This document shows, piece after piece, positions 11,058-23,997 of a stretch of DNA of 64,000 bases (the first letter of the stretch is position 1; each line of letters opens with the position of its first letter). The notes under the pieces were generated by a model. The model was given only the letters and a program-made list of their open reading frames with translations. It did no database searches and had not been told where the DNA came from. The position numbers and the translations under genes are program-made. The stretch comes from Piromyces finnis finn (Eukaryota; Fungi; Neocallimastigomycota), in assembly GCA_002104945.1 (NCBI GenBank), contig MCFH01000004.1, positions 558,001-622,000 of the forward strand, in the 5' to 3' direction.

Positions 11058-14000
11058 TTTTATTTTTATAGTAATATTTTAATATTCTTTTTTTTAAAGG
11101 AATGTAGATTTATTTTATTTTTTTTTCTTTTTCCGAAAAAAATATTATATATATTATTATATATATAATAATGTATATGTAAATATATAAATGGATAGAT
11201 AAAATCTCTGTTTAAAAAATTATAGTTTTGAATTAATGTTTCTTTTTAATTTAATCAAATAGTTGATTTTTTTTTTTTTTTTTCTCTCTTTGATATTGAA
11301 ATTTAATTTTTCCTTTTCAATTTTATTGAAATGTACTTTATTAAACTATGCCTCTCTCTCTCTCTCGCTTTTTTTTTTCTATAAAATTATTTTATTATTA
11401 TTTTTTTCGAATTAAATGTATAATATTTTATTTTTTATGCTACTTTATTGCTTTATAATATAGGTATGTAATAGATAGATATTCCGAATGAGAATTGAAA
11501 TAATTGAGTAATTTAAAATTGAATATTTAAAGTTTTTTTTTTTTTGATTTTTACATATAAAATAATATAAAATATAAAAAGAGAATATAGAGTTATATGT
11601 CGTTTAAAGAGAATGAAATATAATATAAAAAAAAAAGGTTAGTATCAAATAATAATACCTTTTAATATTGAAAGAAAAAAAAAATTTTTTTTAATAATAC
11701 AATAATAATTTATTTAACTTCATATAAACTTTTTTTTTTATTAATATTACTATTTTAAGTATTACCATAATATTATTTTAATCCACTTTACATTTAATTT
11801 TCTTATTCTTATTCTTATTATTCTTATTATTTTATTAAAATAGTTTTTTTTTTAAAGAAAAAACAAGTGTATAATTAAATTTAAAAAAAAAAAAAAATCG
11901 AAAATTATAAAGTATTAAATCATTCAATGTATATGTATATATGAAAATATATAAAAAAAATTATACTTTTATTTTTAAAAAGTTTATTAAAAAAAGTTCT
12001 GCATTTAATATTGTTAATGTTCATATAAATAAAATAGAACTCCTCTTTTCAACAACAACAACAACCAACTTTTTTTTTTTTTTTTTTTAATTTAATTAAA
12101 AAAAATATTTTAATTCTATTTTAATTATAAATCTGGTAATTAAATAATTTTATTAAATTATATATGGATTGATGATTCATTTAATATATTTTTGTTTTTG
12201 TATATTAAATTATTAAAATTTTAATTATTATTATTTTTTAATTAATGAAACCTTAATTAAATTTAAACTTTTTTTTTTCAAACATAGTTAATAATTTTTA
12301 TTGATGGAAAAAAAAATGTGGTGGTTTGATTTAACCTAAAAAAAAAAATATATTCATGGAATGATAGGTTATCTTATAATTTGTAATTAAAAGAATGAAC
12401 AAATTCTATAAAACAATAGATAAACTTTACAATTTTATGTCATGTTTAATTGTCAAAAAATAAACAATTCATAAATATTATAATTATTAAATTAATTTAT
12501 TTGTACATGGAGTTTATATAGGATAAAAATAGATAATAAATTATTTTGGAAACTTTGCATACAATGTCATTAATGCATTGAATATATAATAATAATGTCT
12601 TTTTTTATATACTAATAACGAAATAATCATTTAATATATTCAGAAAAATAATAATTTAAAAAAAAAAACATAATCATTTATTCTATATAAAAAATGTAAA
12701 GACTCTATATGTAAATATAATTATTGTCAATATTATTTTTGAAAAAAAAAAAAAAACAATCTTTTTTCATTAAATTATGTTTATTTACAAAAAATTAGAG
12801 TTTAATTATTTATTTAATAAAGACAGAAAACTTTAAAATTGTGAAAATATTTAAAACTCATAAATATATAATTAGAATGTATTCCTATTCTATCCTATAA
12901 TTATTATTATTTATAAATAATCAAAAATTTGGAAACTAGTGGTGTTTTTTTTTTTTTTTTTTATTAAAACAATATTACTTAAATGAAGAAGATGTAAAAA
13001 AAAATTATTTATAAATAAGCATATTAAATATAGAGCTATTTAAAATATTTAATTCTTTGGATAAATATAAAAATACAAAAAAAGTTTTCATATATCATGC
13101 ATTAGAATACTAAAAAAATAGGTATATGCATATAATATATTTAATGCAGTGTTAAAATCTTAAATATATTGTGCAACCCTTTTGATTATATTTTTTAAAT
13201 TAATCTTTTTAGACTTTTTTTTTTTTTTGACATAAACTTTATTTATAAAATTGTCTATTTGCTTTTACATATTTTAGTTTTTTTTTTTTTTTTTTTTACT
13301 AATATGAATGCCAAATTTATGCATGGCTGAATCTTTTAAAAATTGAATTTTAATATTATATAACAATATAAAAAAAATAAATTTATAGTGATAAAATAAA
13401 AGATAGTTTGTTTTTCAAAAGGTTTAATTTTTTTTTTTTTTTTTTTTTTTGCCATTATTACAAGATAAAATTGCTTTATACAATGCTGATCTTTTATAAA
13501 AATTTATACAACCAACATTTAAATTAATAGTTAAATTGTCATTTATTTATTTATTCTTTTCTAAAGTTAAAATCAAAAACACTTGATATTCCTATCTATT
13601 TTAAATAATAATATACACTACTGTTTTTTTTTTTTTAAAATAATTATATATATGCTACTTGGGAAGGGTAAGAGAGAGTAAATGGTTTAAGGAAAAAAAA
13701 AATTATTTAGTCATTAATTATTGAAAAATAAAGTATTAAAATAAAATAAAATTGGGTTATAATAAATTGTTGGATTAACTTTATTAATGAATAAAAATAT
13801 ATAGGATATGAATATTATTACAAATATTATTAATAAAATTAAGAATGTGCGTAGAATAAAAAGGGTAAGATTTAATTAAATATGTAAATTATAAAGTATT
13901 TATAATTTTATAGAGAGATATATTCCATGAGTATATTAATTATAAAAAAAAATATATATATATTTTTTTTTCTTATATGCTTAATTTATGAATAATAGTA

Positions 14001-14432
14001 TAATAAGATATATTGATTATAATTATATAATATATAATTGTAAGGATTGGATATCAAATAATTTATGTAGTATTACGAAATTAAATATTGATATGATAAT
14101 AAATATGTATATTTATATAATGATTTTGTTTATGTACTGATTTCGTTCTTGTTTTATCGTTTTAATATTTTTTTTTTTTTTTTTTTTTTTTTGCGCTATC
14201 GTTATACCTTTTAATCAAAAAAAATTATTTTGATTAAGACGAATTATTTTAGTTCAATATATATTTGGTTTAGTTGTATTTTTTTTTTTTTTTTTTTCTG
14301 GGTTATGAAAAGCAAAACCGGGATTAAAAATAAGAAATAATCCATTCTTTTCCTTTGTTTATATTCCATATTTAGCTATCATCATGATAATAAACTTTAT
14401 AATATGGAACTTTTTATTTTAAAAGGAAAAGA

Positions 14433-16351
14433 TTAATATTCTTCTTGTCTATTACAAATAGAAAATTTGAATACTCTATTATACCACTTTCTTTTCTTTT
14501 GCTTTTTCTTATTTTTTATAGCCTTTCTTGGTGGTTTTGATACAGTATTACTGCTTTCATAATTGTCAAAATAATTTGGACGCATTAATGAAACATCAAC
14601 TGTTTCTGTTGTTACTTTATTCATTGGAACCAATTCTACATTTAAGGAATTAATAGAATTTAAAGTATGACTTGAACTTTTCTTTTCCAAATTATTTAAT
14701 AGTTTAACATTTTCTTCTCTGGATGGTTTTACCGTTGGATATGAATTAGACATCTTTCTATGGTGGAAAGTTGTTTTAGCATCGACAACTAAACAATTTA
14801 AATTAATACAAAATAACATTAGTCCATGGATTCATGCTTAACTATTCTTTTTTTTTTTTATTATTATCATCATTATTATATTATATTATAATACTATTTT
14901 TTTAAATTTTAATTTTTTTTTTTATTTTTTTTTTAAAAAAAAAAAAAAAACTTACAATTTTCACTATTAGAAAAAGATTGATCATACTGCTTTTCAGAAT
15001 TGTTAAGAGAAGCTGTTTCAACATTACTATTATTTATATTATTTATGATATTTTGATTTGTATTAATGTTAATGTTATCCTCAAGTTGATTTTGAATAGG
15101 ATGTTCCATGTTATTATATACATACTTTTTAATGGGTATTTCATTTCCATTTTCATCAATAGTATAAATAACTTTTTTAGTGGTGGTTTCAGTACCATCG
15201 GAATTTTGAATTACAACCTTTTCTTCAACAACGGCTTCATTATCATTAATATCAATTTCTGTAGGATTGTTAAGTGTAACAATTGTACTTACTTTTGTAT
15301 TTGTGTAGTCATTATATTTATAATTATTTATATTATTATTAATTTGGTCAGTTGGTGCACTATCAAGTGCATTAACAAATTCATCGTCATCGTCTTCATC
15401 TTCAGCATCATTAATTACAGTGACAACGGAATCAGAAGCTTGAAAAGCGAATGTCTGTAATTTGCTTTGATTCTCAACAGTTGTCTTTTTATTTAATGAT
15501 GACTTTTCTTCATTTGTCTTATTTTCATTGCCAGATAATTCAATTGATTCATTAGTATCATTTTTACCAAAACCTTTAATATAATTAAAGAGTCTTCCTA
15601 ATGTTCCTTTATTAGATTCATCTGTATTGTCATTAGATGATAACTTTTCTGTAGCTTTACCCATTTCTTCCAATAATTTATTGTTAGCATTTTCTAAATT
15701 ATTTTTAGTGGTATCTTTAATATCCTCTAATTTTTCCTTGAGATCTTCTTCTTTTTCATGAAGCATATCATCTTTATTGTCTTTTGAATTACCAAAGATA
15801 GCTAAACTACCACCAGGCATAGTAATATCATATTCTTGATTATCTGCATCAATCAAAGTAATAGATGAAGATTGATTTATAGGTAGAACTGCATTGTTAA
15901 TCTTTGGTACTAATAAAGTTGATACCTTTTCATTCTTAGAAGAAGGGATTTCAGTTGTTGCTTTAACAATATTATTTGTATGAATATTATTTGTTGGTGT
16001 TAATTTATCAGCTAAGCTAATATTTTGCTGTTGGTCACTTTGATATTTTGGTATAACATAATTTTTTTCTTTTCTAAAAGAACTATTAGGTGTTATGGAT
16101 GAAAGAAAATCTCCATTTTGGTTATTTTCCTTAAATTTACTGAAAGCGTCTGTTTGATCAATAATTTTTTCAAATTCGTCAATTGAATCATCTTCATAAT
16201 TATTAAGATTTAAATGGAGGTCTTTTAAAATATTTTCGTTACTAGTTTCGTTATATTTATCATTTCCATTGTTTGTTTTATTGTATTTATTATCTTCTTG
16301 ACAGGTGTGCCAAGAGGCTATGGAATCTTCATTTAATATAACTTCAGTCAT
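14433..16351 (-). CDS. Uncharacterised acidic/Asn-rich protein (2 exons)
   Basis: A 472-codon ORF joins the 14433 ORF in phase via donor GTAAGT (14955) and acceptor TTTAG (14789). No recognisable domain. Confidence 0.7.
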
Positions 16352-19300
16352 TTTATTTTATTCTTTTTTTTTTTTAAATTAACTTTTTTTTTTTTTTTTT
16401 CTTTCTTTTTTTATTTAAATTTATTTTTTTATATATTTATTATATATAGTAATATTATTTTGATAAATAAAATAATAGAATTTTATATATTGAATTCTTA
16501 TTTAAAATTATTACAATACTTTGGAGTAAAAAAAAAAAGTTTGTAATATTATTAACTAAAGTATGTTCTAAAATTTTATAATTTATATTTATCTATTTTT
16601 CTTTTCAAAATAAACAATAGAAAATCAAATTACTTTTTTTTCTTTTCTTTAATAGTTATAAACTATTTATTGTTACTATTCTAAGAATATATAATTTATA
16701 CAATGCTCTTTTTTTTTTTTTTTAAAAAAAAAGGCCAATGAAACAAAAAGAGTTTTTATATAATAATACTTTTTATATCCAAATTATTAATAAATTTCTA
16801 TAGTCTAATTAAAAAAAAAAAACAAAAAAAAAAAAAAAAAACACTATCTGGTATAAAGTGTATTATTATTATTACTGCTATGAAATTCGAAATTGATAAA
16901 CTATTGAATTGAAATTATTTGTAAATGGATAATTTAATTTTCTTTTGTAATAATTATATATATATTATTGGATTCCTGATATTATGCTATTATAACTTTA
17001 AATAAAGACTTCTTTTGTTATTTTACATAACTTTTATATATTTTAATATTACTATATATAATAAAATTGGATTTGATGAACACTTCTAAAATAAAAAAAA
17101 GTGAACTACTGAAAAAAGGTGCCTTTTATATATAATTGCTATCCATATATATAATATATTAATTGAAACAATTTATTTATTGTATATAATTAATATACGT
17201 ATCAATATATTAATAATTGTATATTATATTAATTAGTTTTTTTTTAAAAATTAAACTTTTTATAAAAATTAATTAATTATTACAATAGATTTTATTATTT
17301 ATATTTATATTAGATGATATATTAAGTTGTATTCAATGTTTATATATTATTAACTAATTAATTTATTTAGTTATATATTAATTTATATTTTATTTTAATA
17401 AATGTTTTGCCATGATTTAAACTAAAAAGTGATAAAAAGTGTTAAGAAAAAATGGTAAAGAGGAGAGAGACTTTGTCAGAAGAACTTTTTTTTTTAATAT
17501 CACCATATATAAAAGAAAGAAAGTGGATTAGAACATAAAAAAAGTTTTTATTATTAAAACATGTTAGAACTAATTCTGTTAATAAAAAAAAACAATTTAT
17601 TTATAATAAAATGAAAGGATATAATGTTAATGCTTTTTTTTTTTTTTGCATATTCAAATAGGTACATTCATTTAATAAAATGTATTCTCTTTTAATATTT
17701 TAATGGAATGTGTATAGGGAATTACTTTGATTCTCATTCATTCATTTTTAAAGTGTTCCATGTATCTATCGAATTATATGAAAAAAGTGTCTTTTATAAA
17801 AAGTCTATTTTTTTTTATTATTCCATAGTCTTATCATTTTTACTACCACCACTACCACCACTACCACTATTTATTACTATTACTCTTTCTATTTGCTCTT
17901 TCTATTACTATATATTAGTATTGACCTAGTTTTGCATATTTTTAAATTTGTATAAGAGTTTTGCAGAATGAAACTTTAAAGATTAATGAGGATTAATTAT
18001 AATAATTTGATTTCAATATATTTTGTTTAATTTAATATACAGAATAAATATATTAAAGTATAATCAATAATAAATAGAATGATAATTTTATTATTAATAA
18101 AATTTTATGTTTTTTTTACCAATAAAAAAATTTATTTATTTTCTATGATTAAAGTTTATTAAAATATAAATGGAATATTTATATTAATATTTATATTATT
18201 ATTAAATTTACAATATATTATTATTTTATTTGTATATATTAATATATTAATATGAAAATAAATTATCAATATTTATTTCTATTTATTGGAATATATTCCA
18301 TTTTTATGGACATAACAATACTACATTTTATTGAATTTTATAGTAAAATATTCCAATAAAAGTCGTAAAAGAAAAATAATTCCACCACCGTTTAAAAGTC
18401 ATCCTCTTACTATAAATAAGAAATGAATGAATGATGAAATTTCACTACTTTCTACAAAGTATTGACATGAATTGTTAGGAAGAGGTTGATAGCAATGAAA
18501 AGTAAAAAGAGTATTGGAATAAAAAAGGTAGAGTTTACTAATCTTTACATCAAATAAAAATGATAAATACTATTGGTTACAATTCTAATAAAATTAATCC
18601 GTTCAATAAATTACTATTACTGATTGATCATATTGATCTATTTACTGTCTTTTACAATAGTGCTTTAAAAAATAGGATAATTTTCAATAATTATACTAAT
18701 GCTTATTTTTTTTCATTTATGTTTATTATTTCCCTTCTTTTGATGGTTATAAGCCTACTTTTCGTCTGTCTTTTTTTCAAATCTTTTTTTTAGGAACGAC
18801 AGCTGTAAAAACAAAAGGCTATACCAATTTTAATTTATGCTTTATTTAACAAACAAAATTGTTTATACATATATGGAAAGTAGCCACCATCATCCACCAA
18901 TAATTTTAAGAGATATCAACAAGATTTTGTGTAATTATTAAATTAAAATTTAATTTAAAATTTTTACATCCACTCTTCTAACTTTATTAGTTAATAAAAA
19001 ATTAATATAAAATTACCATATATGGAAGGTATGATCAATAACAAAAACCTGTTAATTGAAAAAAAAATGTAATAAAAAATTGATGTAACAAGCGAAGCCA
19101 AGAAATAAAATTATATAGATATGAAAATGTAATGAGAATGTAATGTAATGTATTAAATAAATTATGATAAGAATAGTGATAATTTTATTGAGGAGAGGAG
19201 ATATGAAAAAATTAGATAGTTGTATGTTTTTAAGGTGTCAGTAGAGTGATATAAAAATAAAAAAAGCGTCTATTTTAATGTGTTTCCTTTTATTATCATT

Positions 19301-19636
19301 GTATTCACTATTGCATTTAAAAAGCATATGTTTGATAGCTTTATAACTATTATTTCAATTCCAATATTAGTTAATATAATAATTTTAGTTTTATTCATAA
19401 TCAACTTTTTAAAAATACCAAATAAAACTAGATTTTTTTTTATTACTTTATATTATTTAAATATTAGTAAATTATCAATTAACCACTGTCTTTTTTTTTT
19501 AATATAGTTAAAATAAATAAAGTATATAATTAAATGCATTTTAATATAAATTGGCCATTATTGTTTTTATATTTAAAATAATAAAAATATAACTTTTATA
19601 TATCTTTATGTATCAAAAAGAATCTTAATAATTATA

Positions 19637-19730
19637 TACTACTACTACTACTACTATTACTATTACTATTACTACTGCTACTACTACTACTATTACTATT
19701 ACTATTACTATTACTATTACTATTACTATT
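19637..19730. repeat. (TAC/TAT)n microsatellite
   Basis: actactactactattactattact... run. Confidence 0.85.
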
Positions 19731-20661
19731 TTATATATTTAATATTTTTAAATGTTGTTAGTAAATTGTTAATTTGTGTAATTACTATTAATATGTATTA
19801 TTTAAAAATCCAAATTTCATTCATTAAATCTTATTTTTTTTCTTATTATTAATAAAAAAGGATGTAAATAATAAAATATAAATATTTTACAATTATTTTT
19901 TTTATAAAATAATATGTTCTTATAAATATTTATTTTTTTATCTATACATTTTTTTTTGCATTTAATTATATATTTAAAATTATATATAATTTTTTAATAT
20001 ATGTTAGAATTATTATGATAATGAAAAATATGAATAAATCTATTCTTTCATATTTTTATATAAAAATAAATATATTAAACATAATAATAATAATAATAAT
20101 GTCAATAACAATATAATTAGATTAGCTTTTTTTTTTATTTCTAAAGATTAATAGTCTATTTAGTGGATATTCTTTAATTTTACATATTAATTAGTGGATT
20201 CATTTCTTTAAATTTTTTTAAAATTCTAAAAGGTTAGATTATACAAGTAATATTTGAAGATTTTATTAACAGAAGTTAAGCGGTAATTCCTAACAGCTTT
20301 CACTCTTTTTGCTATTCATCTTTACTATTTTTTGTCAAAGTTTTTTCCGTTGAAAAAATAAATTAATTTTTAAAATTCAACGAAAATTAAACTTTTCTTA
20401 AAAATGATTGGGTAGTTTATTCCATCTATATTAAGTAAAATTGGGAAATACATTTTTCATTACTTTAAATATAAAAAAAAAAGTAAGGATTTTATTATTT
20501 GTATAAACCATTAATTGAACATTTTCAATAATAAAATATAATAATGGTTAAAAGATACTTGAATTTATATATGAATATCATAAATTAACAATATATATAA
20601 ATTTATATTCATTTTTTATTTTTATTTTTATTTTTTTATTTTTTTTTATATTTTTAAGGAA

Positions 20662-23335
20662 ATGTTAAATTCTCTTAGAGTTTCAGGTATGATATCTAGT
20701 TTATCTTAATAATTAAATAAAAATTATTATTTTTTATTATTAAATCCAAAATTTATAAAGGTAGAATAATGCAAATAATTGCTTGTTTTCCTTATTTTCT
20801 TTTATTTAAAATTTTCACAAGTAGCATATATAAAATCTCATTTTAAAATCATTTTGAAATTTAAATTTCATTTTTTATTGTTGAAAAACATTGGAAACAT
20901 TTATTTCATTATTAAGTAATAAATTTTATAAAAAAAAAAAAAAAAAAGCTTTTATTATTAAAAGTTTTGTTATTATTTATTCCTACATACGAATAATATA
21001 TCATAACTAAATACTTTTTTTCATTAATATATATTTATTACAGCTGTCGCTAAATCTGCCTTACTTAATAATAATTTATTAAGTACAATTTCAACTCCAC
21101 TTCTTATTCAATGTAAAAACAATTCTACTTTATCAAGAAAATATATTAAAAGAAGAGCTTTATTCAATGGTATATTAAATGAAATATAAATTATTTTTAA
21201 TATTTTTATATTATAAATGTATATATATTGATTAATAAGAAATGAAAAAATAGAATTTAACCATAAATTATTAAAATCATCTAAACATTCTAAATTATTT
21301 ATTATTCATTATTTATGATATATAAACATACTTTTTTTTTTCTGGTTAATTAAACAACAATTGTAATTATTATCATATCGACAATAGTTCCAGGTAAATA
21401 TAAATATTAGTGAAACGTTATCAAATTATTATTTTTTAAAAGTATATATAGTATATATAAAAATTATGTTAAAATCTCAATATTATATATGAAATTTTAT
21501 AGGAAGTGAAGATAGAAAAATTTTAGCTTCTTTAAGAACTAATGCTGATAGTATTGTATTTGATTTAGAAGATGGTGTTGCATTCAATAGAAAGAAAGAA
21601 GCAAGAGTTAAAGTTTTTAATGCTATTGAAGTTTGTATTATTATTAGTAGTATTATTTAATAGATATAAAATAATAATGTATTTTATTTATATAACATAT
21701 ATTTTGTCATATGCTACTAATAGAAATATGATTTAGGAAAAAGAGAAAAGGCTGTTAGAATTAACTGTGTTAGTTCTGGTTTAGCTGAAGACGATTTAAA
21801 GAGCATTGTATGTTTTTTTTTTTTAAAAATATTAAAATTTGTAATTATTATTTATTTTAATAATTAATTTTAAATATATATTAAATTTGGTTAATAAAGC
21901 TTCCATCTTCAAAATTAGAAGCTTTAGTTATTACTAAGGTTAATTCTGAAAAAGATATTCATTTCGTTTGTGATATGATTGATCATCTTGCTCCAGAAAA
22001 TGTGTATGAATTTTTTTAAAATTTTTTTTTTTTTTTTAATTTATAAAGTAAGAAAAAAATAAATCAACTGGAAATAGTAATATTTATTTATTATAAATAG
22101 TCGTAAGAATATCCGTTTAATTGCTTGTGTTGAAAGTGCTATGTCTCTTATGAACTTGAAATCTATTTGTACTAGTGACCCAAGAGTTGATGCTTTAGTT
22201 TGTAAATTTAAAAACATATTAATGTACACACACATACACACAAATATATATATATAGTTATTTAATTTTTGTTTTTATTTTATTATTAATATTCGATAGT
22301 TGCTAGTGAAGATTACTGTGCTGATACCGGAATGATTAGAACTAGAAGTAGAAAAGGTAAAGAATAGTGAAATAAGAATAATACACATGTATATTAATTT
22401 ATAAATATTAATGATATTTACGAATAAATTATTAATTTTATTAATATTATTAAAGAATTAACCTATGCTAGACAAGCTCTTGTTGCTCACGCTCATGCTT
22501 ACAACTTACAAGCTATTGATTTAGTATGTAGAAATGTTAAATAGAATATAAATATATATCCTTTTCTGAATGAATAATAATATTAAGATCCATAAATAAT
22601 TATTTTTTTATATTTATTAAAAAAAAAAAAAAAAGGTTTGCCAAGATTATAAGAGTGATGATATTCTTGTAAGCATAGGATACTTATTTTATTATTATTA
22701 ATAATAATAGCTATAAAAGTAAAATATAGTATTAATTTTAATTTAATAATCAAATTTTTAGAGAGAAGAATGTCAAGAAGGTAAAGAATATGGTTTCACT
22801 GGAAAGGTATTAATCAAATTAATTTTAAAAAATACTTTTTTTTTTTTACTAGTAATATGATTAATAAAGATAAAGATAATTATACAAAAATAATATTTAT
22901 TAATAACTGTTTAATTATTTAATAATATACACATATAGCAAGCAATTCATCCACGTCAAATCGATATTATTCAAGAAATGTTTTCACCAAATAAAAAAGG
23001 TAAATATAAATATGAATATATATATTTTAGTATGTATGGAATTACTAAATAGTATTATTTTATATTTAATATGAATGCTTTTTTATAGACTTAGAATATG
23101 CTAGAAGAATACTTGATGGCTTTAAAAATCATACTTCAAAAGGAATTGGTGCTTTCGTTTTAGATGGAAAGATGATTGACCAACCTGTTGTTAGATGGGC
23201 AGAAGTAAGTGAAAAAGCAATAGAATTTAAAAAAAAATAAATATATTTATGAAAATAGCTTAGTTAATTCATATCTAACTTATTTTCCCTTTTTTATTCC
23301 TATATTTATTTTAGAAATTAATTTCTCGTGTTTAA
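20662..23335 (+). CDS. CLYBL: CitE/CLYBL-like acyl-CoA lyase (HpcH/HpaI aldolase fold) with N-terminal organellar presequence; 14 exons
   Basis: Spliced product MLNSLRVSAVAKSALL...RRALFNVPGS..DSIVFDLEDGV..AVRIN..ACVESA..ALVFASEDYCAD..AIDLV..GFTGKQAIHP..DGKMIDQPVV..KLISRV*. All junctions are GT-AG and in phase. Confidence 0.92.
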
Positions 23336-23997
23336 GTTTTTACATACTCAATATACATACAATTAATAATAACTATCATTGAAGTAATAACAAATAAATA
23401 TATAATTATCAAAAAATACAAAATTTTAAAATATATATATGCTTTTTAGTATATTAATACAAATAAATATAATAAGATTTTAGTAATAGGAATAAAATTA
23501 AAAATATATATATTCCAAAAAAAATCGGATAAATTAAAATAATAAAAGAGGGGAAAAAAAAACAAAATAATAACAATAATAATAATATAAAAAACAACTA
23601 AATAATATATTAATAAAATATGTAAACTCGTTAAAAATTAAAAAAAAAAAAAAGAGAAAAAACATATTTTAATAATTAAATGAAATATGAAATATTTATA
23701 AAAAATATTTTGATTTTATGATAATCTATATATTTGAGCATTTTATTTTATTTTTATTTTTAGTTCTTGTTATTTGTTCTATTTACAGTTATTTTAAATA
23801 TCTATATTCATTTTTTTTTTTTTTTTTTATAAAAATTTTCAATAAATAAAGGCTGAAAAAAGGAAAAAATATTCAAAACTATAATATCTAATTAATTTTT
23901 AAACCATTATATTAATAATAAAATAGGTTTAATAATTTTTTTTTCCTTTAAAAAAATTATATTACTAAATCTTATTTTTTTTTTTTTTTTTTTTTTT

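Noticed and set aside
11060-14430. 3.4-kb intergenic region
   Set aside because: Only homopolymer-rich AT DNA; no ORF, tRNA, snoRNA boxes or terminal repeats recognised.
18431-18490. Possible plus-strand C/D snoRNA (ATGATGA...TAGGAAGAGG-TTGA, partial match to 25S CUCUUCCUA)
   Set aside because: Non-canonical D box, only 9 contiguous pairs, no terminal stem, and the predicted site is not a modification I can confirm.
20280-20292. GCGGTAATTCC, an 11-nt match to 18S near Um578
   Set aside because: No proper C or D boxes in the right geometry; isolated 11-mers matching rRNA are expected by chance.
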